Shown here in pieces: positions 39,999 to 49,254 of a stretch of 64,000 nt of DNA. The DNA lies in assembly GCA_944364615.1 (NCBI GenBank), contig CALVWF010000001.1:193840-257839 (forward strand), given 5' to 3'. This DNA is from an uncultured Clostridia bacterium (lineage in GTDB: Bacteria > Bacillota > Clostridia > Christensenellales > CAG-314). Position 1 is the first letter of the stretch, and every line of letters begins with the position of its first letter. Below the pieces are notes generated by a model. It had not been told where the DNA came from. It did no database searches and saw only the letters and a list, made by a program, of their open reading frames with translations. The position numbers and the translations under genes are program-made.

Positions 39999-40998
39999 CA
40001 CGGGTTATTACGAAGGCGAAACGGTGGGAAACATTCCTCACGGAAACGGAACGTTTGTAATGAACAACGGGGACCGTTACAGCGGACAATGGGTCAACGG
40101 AACCATTGCGGGACGAGGAACATTCTTTTTCGTAAACGGCGACAGGTACGAGGGACAGTTTGCCAACGGCAGCATAAACGGCAACGGAACCTATTTTTAC
40201 GCCAACGGCGACAAATACAAAGGACATTGGGTAAACAACGTACGCGCGGGTCAGGGAAAATATTGCTGGGCTGACGGCACCGTTTACACGGGAGAATTTT
40301 CAAACAACAAAGCGTGCGGCAAAGGAGTAAAAACTCTTCCCAACAAAGACAAATACGACGGCATGTGGAAAGACGACTTTATGACGGGAAACGGCACCTA
40401 CTACTTCGCCAACGGCAACAGATGCGAAGGCCATTGGGTAAACAACGTGTGCACGGGGCAGGGAAAGTATTACTGGGCTGACGGCACTGTTTACACGGGA
40501 GAATTTTCAAACAACAGCATTTGCGGTAACGGAACAAAAACTTTCCCCAACGGCAACAGATACGAAGGACAATTTAAAGACGGTCTGTTCAACGGTCAGG
40601 GCACATTGTACTTTGCCGACGGAAGCGTGTACACGGGTATGTTCCGTGAGGATATGTTCAACGGTCAGGGTACAATGAACTACTTTGACGGGGACAGATA
40701 CGAAGGCAACTGGAAGGACGGCGAGCAACACGGGGCAGGTACCATGTACTTTGCCGACGGCTCCAAATACACAGGCAATTTCGTGGACGGATGCAAGGAA
40801 GGACAGGGAACGATGTACTACGCCAACGGCGACAGATATGTCGGCGGATGGCAGACGGACGACAGGTTTGGCGACGCCATATATTATAAAGCGGACGGTA
40901 GCAAATTTATGTGCTACTGGGCGGACGACAAACCGCAAAAAGGAATGTGGTACTATCCCGACGGAACAAGCAAGGAAAGCGACGGAAGGGACATCTGA
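39982..40998 (+). CDS. MORN-repeat protein (about 14 repeats)
   Basis: The ATG lies inside the last codons of the preceding gene (17-nt overlap) and is preceded by GGAGGGAA. The 23-aa MORN register runs throughout. Confidence 0.85.
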   Translation: MRLNFNTGYYEGETVGNIPHGNGTFVMNNGDRYSGQWVNGTIAGRGTFFFVNGDRYEGQFANGSINGNGTYFYANGDKYKGHWVNNVRAGQGKYCWADGTVYTGEFSNNKACGKGVKTLPNKDKYDGMWKDDFMTGNGTYYFANGNRCEGHWVNNVCTGQGKYYWADGTVYTGEFSNNSICGNGTKTFPNGNRYEGQFKDGLFNGQGTLYFADGSVYTGMFREDMFNGQGTMNYFDGDRYEGNWKDGEQHGAGTMYFADGSKYTGNFVDGCKEGQGTMYYANGDRYVGGWQTDDRFGDAIYYKADGSKFMCYWADDKPQKGMWYYPDGTSKESDGRDI

Positions 40999-41250
40999 CG
41001 TTGCGTTTACACCGAAAATTCGCAGGGTTTTCCGACTTTGCCGACAGGTGAACTGCACCTTTCGTTACAGTGTTGTACGCAGTTAAAACATTTTACCCTT
41101 TTAACCGCACAATTGCGCCCGAAGGCATGTAAATAAAGCGGTACGACGCGGTACAAGTGAATTCTGCCGACGTTTTTCACAATTGCAGCCTGTCGCTTTT
41201 TTTGAATTTTACGAAAAGTTTAATCAAATGTAAACATTACAAGAAATACA

Positions 41251-41282
41251 AAAGCCCGAAGAATGTTCTTCGGGCTTTTGTA
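41251..41282. terminator. Bidirectional terminator between the MORN cluster and the protease gene
   Basis: gcccgaagaa / ttcttcgggc stem, flanked by A-rich and T-rich runs. Confidence 0.6.
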
Positions 41283-41448
41283 TCAAAAAAACGCCTTTGC
41301 CTTAAAATCTTATATTTATCTTTCGTGCAATTCAAGTGAGGTTTCGGGCGTATTCTGAATGAGGAGAAGATTATTTTAGGGAGAAACAATGTTTCGTATA
41401 TAGAACCGACCGTTGAAGTCGGAGGGTTTTAAAAATCGTGCGGTTGCA

Positions 41449-42468
41449 CTACCGGGCGGAATAAGCGCGTTCGGTGGTTGTGTAGTACTTGCACTGCACT
41501 GTTCCCGTGTAGGTGTTGAAGGAGCCGTCAAGCAGACTTCCCGCCTTGTAACTGCCGTCAGCAAGTTCGTCAAGGAAGTTCAGCACTTCGTAAACGGGTA
41601 TTGCGTAGTTCATGTTTTCTACGTTTTCTTCGATGATTTTAAAGGTGTTTACACCTATCACCGCGCCGTAAGCGTTGCACAGCGGACCTCCGGAGTTTCC
41701 GGGATTGACTGTTGCGTCTGTCTGAACGGCCTTGGTGGTCGTTCCGTCGTCATTGTCGAAAATGCGGTAAGGCGCGGAAACAACCCCCTGTGTTACGGAT
41801 ATTCCGTAACCGTTGGCATTTCCTATCGCTATTGCCGTTTCACCGTAGTAAAGAGAAGCCCCCTCGGAAAAATCCGCCGAATAGTCGAAAAACGTAGCAT
41901 ATACGAAATCGTCCGAAAGACTGTAACTCTGTCCCGACTGAGTTGTTCCTTCACGCATTATTTTGAGTAAAGCAAGGTCCAACTGCTCATCGTAGGCTAT
42001 AACTTCGCACTGCAACATTACGGTGCTGTCGGCAACGTTGGCGTAAACCTTACGGCTGATATAACTGAAATTTTCAAACAAATCGTCGTCTTCCAACGTA
42101 ATTACATGGGCATTTGTCAACATGTAACCGTCTTCGTTGACTACAAAACCCGTACCCTGATTGGTCGCTTCGCTCGTGCGCTGTTCCGAACCCCACATTC
42201 CTCTGACGCTGTAAGAGTATTGCAATTCCACCGTCAGTTCGTAGGTTGCAGGCATCACGATAGAGGCAACGGTCTGCGCCACTTCGTAAGAATTGATGCT
42301 GCCGTAATCGGTAACCGTGGAAGGAGCGGTATTGTGTATTTCAAGACGGTTGCCTGAAGAAGAAATACCCGGTTCGATTCCGTTAAACAGTACCGAGCAT
42401 CCCGTCAATGCCAGCATTACAACCGCCATCGCTAAAGATAACGTTAAAACAAGTGTTTTCTTTTTCAT
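41449..42468 (-). CDS. Trypsin-like serine protease (S1C/HtrA-like catalytic domain, no obvious PDZ), lipoprotein
   Basis: Catalytic triad contexts TNAHVI, DLALLKI and GNSGGPL. Lipobox MAVVMLALTGC. Start taken as the ATG at 42468 after GAGGTG. Confidence 0.8.
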   Translation of the reverse strand: MKKKTLVLTLSLAMAVVMLALTGCSVLFNGIEPGISSSGNRLEIHNTAPSTVTDYGSINSYEVAQTVASIVMPATYELTVELQYSYSVRGMWGSEQRTSEATNQGTGFVVNEDGYMLTNAHVITLEDDDLFENFSYISRKVYANVADSTVMLQCEVIAYDEQLDLALLKIMREGTTQSGQSYSLSDDFVYATFFDYSADFSEGASLYYGETAIAIGNANGYGISVTQGVVSAPYRIFDNDDGTTTKAVQTDATVNPGNSGGPLCNAYGAVIGVNTFKIIEENVENMNYAIPVYEVLNFLDELADGSYKAGSLLDGSFNTYTGTVQCKYYTTTERAYSAR

Positions 42469-42774
42469 GGTTAACACCTCACTTCTTGCGTCTATAATAC
42501 AACGCTTTTCTTAAAAAAACTTTTAGATTTACTTGTATTTTTTACTTTTTTCTTTCAATTTAGTTAAAGATTCAAATACCTGTACCTTGATATTTTACTC
42601 CTTTTTTGCCCATTAAACAACGAATTTAAATCAAATACATATATTTAATTTGCGCGTTTTCCCTTTTATATAAAAACAATTTTGCAAGGCGTTTTGACGG
42701 AAATTTTTATTTTTTTTACAGTACTTTTTCAAATAAAACTTCATTTTACTTTCTGCCGATGACAATTTACGACA

Positions 42775-42808
42775 AAAGACGTCGTTACCGTGCGGCAACG
42801 ACGTCTTT
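42775..42808 (-). terminator. Hairpin terminator downstream of the ABC exporter pair
   Basis: aaagacgtcgtt / aacgacgtcttt 12-bp stem immediately after the stop at 42821. Confidence 0.5.
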
Positions 42809-42820
42809 AATTTACTTTCG

Positions 42821-44596
42821 TTATTTAAGCAAATCGTACTGACTGTTGTAAATTTCGCTGTAAAAGCCCTGCTTTTCCATCAGTTCGCTGTGTGTACCCT
42901 GTTCCACAATCTGTCCGTCACGCACAACAAGAATTATGTCGGCGTTGACTATTGTGGACAGTCTGTGCGCTATTACGAAACTGGTGCGCCCCTGCATCAA
43001 CTCGTCCATCGTCTTCTGAATGAGTATTTCAGTGCGCGTGTCCACATTGCTCGTAGCCTCGTCCAGAATGAGCATTTTTCTGTCTGCAAGGTACGCCCTT
43101 GCGATTGTAAGCAACTGCTTCTGTCCGCTGCTGATGTTTGTGGATTCTTCGTTGATGACCGTGTCGTACCCGTCGGGCAACGAACAGATGAACTGGTGTA
43201 TCCTTGCTTTCTTGGCGGCGGCAACGACTTCTTCGCGCGTCGCGCCCTCCTTACCGTAGGCAATGTTTTCGTACACCGTCCCCTTGAACAGCCATGTGTC
43301 CTGCAACACCATGCTGAACTGATTGCGCAGTTTTGCCCTGTCCATCGTAGTTATGTCCACTCCGTCAATAGTGATGCGTCCTTTGTCAATTTCGTAAAAA
43401 CGCATCAACAGATTTACAATGGTTGTTTTTCCTCCGCCCGTAGGACCGACTATGGCAACCTTTTGACCCGCCTTTACGTTTACGTTGAGATTGCGTATCA
43501 GCGGTTTGTCCGCCACGTACGAAAAACTGACGTTTTCCAGTGCGACGTCTCCTTTGCCCGCAGGCAGTTCGTCACCTGCCGAAGGGGGCATTTCGGGACT
43601 GTCCAGCAGTTTGTACACACGCTCTGAACAGGCAATCGTACGGTGAATGGAACTCATACCGCTTGCAATGCTTTCCAGCGGTCCTGCCAGCAACTTCGAA
43701 TACAGAATTATTTCGATGACGTTGCCCACCGACAACACTCCGCTTATCGCAAAGTAACCGCCCAACAGACAGATGACCACATACGCCACATTGTTTGTAA
43801 AGGAAATTATCGGTTGCACCATCATTGACAACCAGAAACCTTTTTTAAGACTTCCGCCGTACTTATCCATCAGGTTGGAACACAACTTCTGCTGTCTTTC
43901 TTCCAAATTGAATGCCTTGACGGTGTCGAATCCCGAAAAATCCTCTTCTACAAATGAATAGACCTGACCGTTTATCTTGCGGTAATCGTGCCAAGCCTTT
44001 TCGCTTCGCATGGAAATCAGATAAGACATCACCACCGACAGCGGAACAAGTATTATTACCGCAATTGCCATTACTGCATTTATCGTAAACAGAATTACGG
44101 TAATTATTACCAACTGCAACACGCCTCGTATCAGCGTTCCCGTAATGACGTTTATGGTGTTGGACATGTTGCTGACGTCGTTCATCATTCTTGACAGCAC
44201 TTCTCCGCGCGGAGTACTGTCCACAAACGAAACGGGCAGCCGACACAGTTTTTCACTGATACGAACACGCAGATTGCTGGTAAAAAACTTAGACGTGACG
44301 TTTGTGGTAAGCACCACTATCAATGTGGAAGTAACGGCAATAAACAGATACACCAGCGCAAGATTGACGCACAGTTTTAAAAACATATCGTTGTCTATTG
44401 CAACGCCCTGTCCGTAATTGTACAGGATGTCGGAGATCTGTCCCAATATGTCGGGACCGACCATATTGAGCGCTACGCTTATAAGACTGACAATGCAAAT
44501 GACAGTCATTTTTAAGGCTACGGGACGCAATTCGCCCACCAGCCTTTTTATTGTCGCGAAAGTGTACGTTTCTTTCTTTTCGACTTTTTCCGCCAT
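42821..44596 (-). CDS. ABC exporter, fused permease-ATPase half-transporter (type I exporter fold), subunit B
   Basis: N-terminal 6-TM domain. Walker A GPTGGGKTT, signature ISSGQKQ, Walker B LILDEATS. Confidence 0.9.
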   Translation of the reverse strand: MAEKVEKKETYTFATIKRLVGELRPVALKMTVICIVSLISVALNMVGPDILGQISDILYNYGQGVAIDNDMFLKLCVNLALVYLFIAVTSTLIVVLTTNVTSKFFTSNLRVRISEKLCRLPVSFVDSTPRGEVLSRMMNDVSNMSNTINVITGTLIRGVLQLVIITVILFTINAVMAIAVIILVPLSVVMSYLISMRSEKAWHDYRKINGQVYSFVEEDFSGFDTVKAFNLEERQQKLCSNLMDKYGGSLKKGFWLSMMVQPIISFTNNVAYVVICLLGGYFAISGVLSVGNVIEIILYSKLLAGPLESIASGMSSIHRTIACSERVYKLLDSPEMPPSAGDELPAGKGDVALENVSFSYVADKPLIRNLNVNVKAGQKVAIVGPTGGGKTTIVNLLMRFYEIDKGRITIDGVDITTMDRAKLRNQFSMVLQDTWLFKGTVYENIAYGKEGATREEVVAAAKKARIHQFICSLPDGYDTVINEESTNISSGQKQLLTIARAYLADRKMLILDEATSNVDTRTEILIQKTMDELMQGRTSFVIAHRLSTIVNADIILVVRDGQIVEQGTHSELMEKQGFYSEIYNSQYDLLK

Positions 44597-46314
44597 TACA
44601 CGTCACCTCCCAATTGCGAGCGATATATTTCCTGATAAACCTGACATTCTTTCATCATACTTTCGTGAGTGCCCTGTCCGACAATACTGCCGTTGTCCAT
44701 TACCAGAACTTTGTCGCAACGCATTGCCGTTGCCGCACGCTGTGTGATTATTAACTGCGTTTTGCCCTTTAAATGGGCGTTTAACGCCTTGCGCAGTCTG
44801 CTTTCGGTAAGGTAATCCAATGCGGAAAAACTGTCGTCGTAAATGTACACGTCCGCCTCTTTAAGCGTGGCTCTCGCTATGTTTACGCGCTGTTTCTGTC
44901 CGCCGGAAATATTGCTGCCCGACTGTTTGAGACCGTATCGCAAACCTTCTTCGTGCTGTTCGGTAAACTCCTTCAACTGTGCTATTTCTACAACCTTGTT
45001 TACCTGTTCTTCCGTCGCGTCTTTGTTGCCCATCTTGATATTTTCTTCCAACGTGCCTTCAAAAATCATACTTTTCTGCAACGCCATAGCAATGTTGTTG
45101 CGCACGCAATGTTGCGTCGTGTCCTTGTAGTCCACACCGCCCATCATACGCTTTCCGCTGCAGGGATAGAAATCCATTATCAGTTTTGCAAGAGTGGTTT
45201 TTCCGCTTCCCGTTCCGCCTATAATGCCCACAATTTCCCCTTCGCGTATATGAAAGGTTGCGTCGTTTACTGCGTTTACACTGCTTCCCTCATAACTGAA
45301 ACTGACGTTTTCAAACACTATGTCTCCGCCTTTTACAGGTATGCCTTCCGTAATTTCGGCGTTTTCTTCCGACGGCATGTCCAGCACCTCCGCAATACGC
45401 CTGTTGCTGATTCTTATCTGCGGAGCAAAGGCAAATACCCACGACAACATCAACAGCGAATTGCCTATAAACGCAATGTACTGTATCGCCGCAATGACGT
45501 CTCCCGCTTCCACGAAGGCGTTGCCCTGAACACGCATACTGCCCACATACACCACTATAACCGTTGTAATGTTGAGTAAAAAGGTGGCAACGGGGTTGAT
45601 TATACCGCTGACGGTATTGGCATGAACGAAGGAATTGCACATTTCACGCGTGGCGTGCTCTGCACGTCCGTGCTCGTAACTGTCCTTGTCAAACGCACGT
45701 ATAACCCTTATGCCCGACAGACGTTCTCTGATGATACGGTGATGCGCGTCTGTGTAAATTTCCGATTTGTCCCAATACTTGTGAATATTTTTTGTTATAA
45801 CCGTAACCAACAACAGTATAAACGGAGAAACGGCAAGAAGTATTACCGCCAAAACCCAGTCTTTTATAAGAGAAAGTACCACTCCCCCTATAAACATCAC
45901 CGGCACGGTCACCAAAATGTACGGCAACTGTATAATTACGTCTTCCATCCAACTGATGTCGTCGGTTGTTCTGGTTATAAGGCTGCCCGTGCCCAAGCGC
46001 GAAAACTGCTCGAATGTAAAGTTGTTTACTTTGTTGAACACCTTCTGGCGCATGTGTACCGAAAAGTCCGCGGACAATCCGCTTGCTACTCTGTTTGCCA
46101 CAATCGTTACCGCCATTCCGCCCAAGGCAAGCAGTATCATAAGTATGCCCTTTTGCCACACCACAGTCATATTACCGACTCTGATACCCAATTCGATTAT
46201 GTCGCTCATGAGATAGGGCAAAAAAAGCGTACATACCGACTGAACGGCGTAAAGCAATGCAAGTATTGCTATTTTCCCCTTAAAAGGTTTTAAAAACCTG
46301 AACAACAATCTCAT
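44596..46314 (-). CDS. ABC exporter, fused permease-ATPase half-transporter, subunit A (heterodimer partner)
   Basis: Walker A GGTGSGKTT, signature ISGGQKQ, Walker B YIYDDSFS (degenerate, D instead of E, typical of an asymmetric heterodimer). 1-nt overlap with the partner gene. Confidence 0.9.
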   Translation of the reverse strand: MRLLFRFLKPFKGKIAILALLYAVQSVCTLFLPYLMSDIIELGIRVGNMTVVWQKGILMILLALGGMAVTIVANRVASGLSADFSVHMRQKVFNKVNNFTFEQFSRLGTGSLITRTTDDISWMEDVIIQLPYILVTVPVMFIGGVVLSLIKDWVLAVILLAVSPFILLLVTVITKNIHKYWDKSEIYTDAHHRIIRERLSGIRVIRAFDKDSYEHGRAEHATREMCNSFVHANTVSGIINPVATFLLNITTVIVVYVGSMRVQGNAFVEAGDVIAAIQYIAFIGNSLLMLSWVFAFAPQIRISNRRIAEVLDMPSEENAEITEGIPVKGGDIVFENVSFSYEGSSVNAVNDATFHIREGEIVGIIGGTGSGKTTLAKLIMDFYPCSGKRMMGGVDYKDTTQHCVRNNIAMALQKSMIFEGTLEENIKMGNKDATEEQVNKVVEIAQLKEFTEQHEEGLRYGLKQSGSNISGGQKQRVNIARATLKEADVYIYDDSFSALDYLTESRLRKALNAHLKGKTQLIITQRAATAMRCDKVLVMDNGSIVGQGTHESMMKECQVYQEIYRSQLGGDV

Positions 46315-46338
46315 AAAATTCCCCCGTGTTTACACGAT

Positions 46339-46992
46339 TCAATAAACTTTTACTATATCTGCATATCCCGAAGTATGCTGATTAAGCACAGCATCTCCTT
46401 TGTAATGAATATTCGCATATCCGCTGACATTTACGTTCAGTTTGTCACGGCAACCGATGTTTACCTTTGTGTCGCCGTTGCCTTGTATGTTGCAGATATT
46501 GGTAATTAAAGTCTGTGCGTCTATAAAGTTTGAACCGGAAGCAACTAAATTTGCTCTGTCGACCTCTCCGCACATGTCTATATTGTTACCTCCCGCGGCG
46601 GAAATTGCCAAAAGTTCGGCTGTTATGTTTGCCGAAACCCTTGTATCTCCCGCAAGAGTAAACTTGTACTCTTTTCCGCACAACGTCAGGTCGGAATATA
46701 TGCTTCCCGAATACCTTATATCCCCTGTTGCAGCCAATCCCATACACTCCACAACGGCATTTCCCGACACCGTCAGTATTTCTACGTCACTGCTGTATAT
46801 TTCTATCAGTATTTCTTCAAGATAGGCAAATGCGTTTGCCGAAACAATCAGTTGACCGCCCGAAACTTCCGCCACAATCTTTTTCCTGTCCGTCGCGCTG
46901 CATTTTATTACATATTCGCCGCTTCCCGGCAAAATCACCACGTTTACGGGCTTTTTACTGTTAATCGGCTTTATATTGACGTGAGTTATCAT
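46339..46992 (-). CDS. DUF2807/GIN-domain (putative adhesin-head beta-helix) protein, no signal peptide
   Basis: Repeated ...SGxxxI/V... rungs (LPGSGEYVIKC, VSGGQLIV, VSGNAVVEC, ASGSNFIDA, VSGYANIHYKGDA...SGYADIVKV). Start moved to the ATG at 46992 after AAGGAG. Confidence 0.6.
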   Translation of the reverse strand: MITHVNIKPINSKKPVNVVILPGSGEYVIKCSATDRKKIVAEVSGGQLIVSANAFAYLEEILIEIYSSDVEILTVSGNAVVECMGLAATGDIRYSGSIYSDLTLCGKEYKFTLAGDTRVSANITAELLAISAAGGNNIDMCGEVDRANLVASGSNFIDAQTLITNICNIQGNGDTKVNIGCRDKLNVNVSGYANIHYKGDAVLNQHTSGYADIVKVY

Positions 46993-47011
46993 TATATTCA
47001 CTCCTTAAGCG

Positions 47012-47794
47012 TTATTCGATAAAGATTTTCAGCATCTTGTCTTTGCCGATGTACTTGTACCTTCCGCAAAATTTGTTGTCAACGAGACTTTTTACCTTTG
47101 CTATGCTTCCGTTGTCAAAATTCCGCAACACCTTGTCGAAGTTTGCATCGGTGTCGAAATCCCCACGGAAAGCCAGATCCCCGCAATAGTACTTAATGAA
47201 AACCCTGCGCTTTTCAAAAGGCTTGCCCTTGTGATCGTAAACTATTTTTTCAATATACTGATTGGAAGGCGTTACTTGACAACCGTTCGCGCTTTCGCCG
47301 TCCGCTGTTTGTTCGCTGCCGCAAACGTCATCGTAGAAATCACTGTCGCACCGCTTTTCGCAATCAAACTCATTTTCTTCCTGTTTGGTTTCGGACACGG
47401 TTTCTTTGCGTATGCGGTTTTGGTCGCGCGTCGCTTCCGAATCGGCAACTCTGCACGCTTCGTGTATTTCGCGTCTTATCTGTTCGGAAATGGAACGGGA
47501 GTAATCCGCTATCTTGTTTTGCAACACACGCATTTCTTCTCCGTTGAATTTTTCCGCTATTTTGCCGTAATTGCTGTTTATTTCGGCAAGACTCTTTTTT
47601 AAATCGTCGGTGACCTTTTGCCTGTCTTCCTTTTTGAAACGCTTTTCAAATGAGTTCATCGCACTGTCAAACTGCCTGTTTGGACACTCCTGCTTCATCA
47701 TCGCCTGCCACAGTCGGCTTGCCTGCTGTGCGTCGATTTTACCCGACGCTATCAGTTCTTCCAGTTTCAGACGATATTCTTCTCCCTGTTTCAT
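47012..47794 (-). CDS. Hypothetical soluble protein with an N-terminal SHOCT-like helix motif
   Basis: N-terminus LEELIASGKIDAQQASRLWQAMM. The rest is charged and Cys-containing with no motif recognised. ATGA overlap with the upstream gene. Confidence 0.5.
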   Translation of the reverse strand: MKQGEEYRLKLEELIASGKIDAQQASRLWQAMMKQECPNRQFDSAMNSFEKRFKKEDRQKVTDDLKKSLAEINSNYGKIAEKFNGEEMRVLQNKIADYSRSISEQIRREIHEACRVADSEATRDQNRIRKETVSETKQEENEFDCEKRCDSDFYDDVCGSEQTADGESANGCQVTPSNQYIEKIVYDHKGKPFEKRRVFIKYYCGDLAFRGDFDTDANFDKVLRNFDNGSIAKVKSLVDNKFCGRYKYIGKDKMLKIFIE

Positions 47795-48147
47795 TGACGC
47801 GTCTCCTTTAACATTTCCAACGCCTTGTCCACAGTCAACTGTCCTTCCGCTATTTTGTTTAAAATGTCTAACTTGCGGTCTTCTTTTTGCTCTATACCGA
47901 GGGTGCGCTGTATTTCCTGCAGACGTGCCTTGACTGTAGGATAGGAAATTCCCAACGCTCTTTCCATGTCTTTAATGTTGCCTTCACACGCCAGAAACGT
48001 AAGGACAAATTGCACCTGACCGTCGTTTAGCACCGACAATCTTCCCGGTTGGTAATCGTTTGTAAACTGAGTATTGCAACTGTCACAGCAGACAGTCTTG
48101 ATGTGAAGTTCGCCTCCGCATACGGGACATTTATCGGGTACTTTCAT
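47791..48147 (-). CDS. DUF2089-type zinc-ribbon plus HTH putative transcriptional regulator
   Basis: CPVCGGEL...CCDSCNTQF zinc ribbon, then FLACEGNIKDMERALGISYPTVKARLQEI (HTH) and a C-terminal ILNKIAEGQLTVDKALEML. Start at the second ATG (48147). Confidence 0.65.
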   Translation of the reverse strand: MKVPDKCPVCGGELHIKTVCCDSCNTQFTNDYQPGRLSVLNDGQVQFVLTFLACEGNIKDMERALGISYPTVKARLQEIQRTLGIEQKEDRKLDILNKIAEGQLTVDKALEMLKETRQ

Positions 48148-48578
48148 CTGAAGCATCTCCTTGAAATTAAATTTTGTTTACACAATACTACACCCGAAAT
48201 ACACCTCTGTCAATCAAAATATTAAATAATTTAAAGAAATTTGCACAAATTTATTAATAAAATTTAAAAATCAGCCATTTAAAGTTTAAAATATTTAACA
48301 ATTTAAAATTTTTGTCGGTTAATGCTTCACTTTGTTCAATAAATTTCCGTACCGCCTACTAACATAAAAATACGGTTTGCCCGCTAAACCGTTGCAAAAT
48401 CAACGTGTTCCCTTTGCCGGTTGACATGCCGACACCGTTGTTCCGTTGCGCTTTTTCGGCCGACTTGCACGACATTAATTTAAATCGCCCCAATAATTTA
48501 CCTTTAAATGTTTTGATTTTTTAAACAATTGTGATATAATAAATAAACCAGTTACAATCAGATGTAACTGATACAAAC

Positions 48579-48667
48579 GGAGGCGTATCGAAGCGGTCAC
48601 AACGAGGCGGTCTTGAAAACCGTTTGGGTGCAAGCCCACGGGGGTTCGAATCCCTCCGCCTCCGCCA
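48579..48667 (+). tRNA. tRNA-Ser (anticodon UGA), long variable arm, CCA encoded
   Basis: Acceptor GGAGGCG/CGCCTCC, anticodon stem GCGGT/ACCGT with loop CTTGAAA, variable arm TTGGGTGCAAGCCCACG, T-loop TTCGAAT. Confidence 0.9.
48647..48667 (+). repeat. Direct repeat copy 1 (3' end of tRNA-Ser), putative attL core
   Basis: cgaatccctccgcctccgcca, identical to 53627-53647. Confidence 0.85.
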
Positions 48668-49008
48668 AGCGGTACCCAACTGAACCCGTAAAAAGGTTTG
48701 GCTGGGTGCTTTTTTATTTTTTGGGTTATCCGGAAAACTCATAGCAATAGTTTTCGAACATAATACAAAACTCAATAAGCAGCTTACCAATATTTTTTTG
48801 ATGATTGTATGATTTTCAACGAGGGAAATGTTGCCGTAGGATTTCACTCGAAAGTCCGACTTTTTTCAGGAGTTATCGAAAAATACCATTATAAAAAAAG
48901 TTACAAAGCTTTATTAAACTTTAAATGGTTAAAAGAATACGACAAAAAATGTCGTAGACGGTAAAAAAATGTTTTGTATAATTGAGGTATAAAATACAGG
49001 AGGAGGAA

Positions 49009-49248
49009 ATGGAAAACGAATATACGCCCTTGAGCAAGATCGCAGGCGAAAATTTGAAACGCCTTATAAAAGAAACAAAATACCGAACACAAGAAGAATT
49101 TGCTTATGCATTTGGAGCTGAAACAAGGACACTTAGCAGATGGCTCAATCAAGGCGTTAAAGATATTGACACATTAGAGCAACTTGCTAACTTTTTGTCG
49201 GTTGATATTACCGATTTATTGAGACAAATAAAATATAAGGAGAATTAA
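49009..49248 (+). CDS. XRE-family helix-turn-helix transcriptional regulator
   Basis: ...LKRLIKETKYRTQEEFAYAFGAETRTLSRWLNQG.... Start moved to the ATG at 49009 after AGGAGGAGGAA. Confidence 0.75.
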   Translation: MENEYTPLSKIAGENLKRLIKETKYRTQEEFAYAFGAETRTLSRWLNQGVKDIDTLEQLANFLSVDITDLLRQIKYKEN

Positions 49249-49254
49249 GTTATT

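Noticed and set aside
38179-40998. Strong short-period DNA periodicity that could suggest a CRISPR array or a satellite
   Set aside because: The period is 69 nt and multiples, lies fully within long ORFs, and has no unique spacers or repeat/spacer alternation. It is protein-coding MORN repeats. I saw no CRISPR array anywhere in the window.
48521-48847. 108-aa minus-strand ORF
   Set aside because: It lies directly over tRNA-Ser and its terminator. It has no SD and is implausible as a gene.
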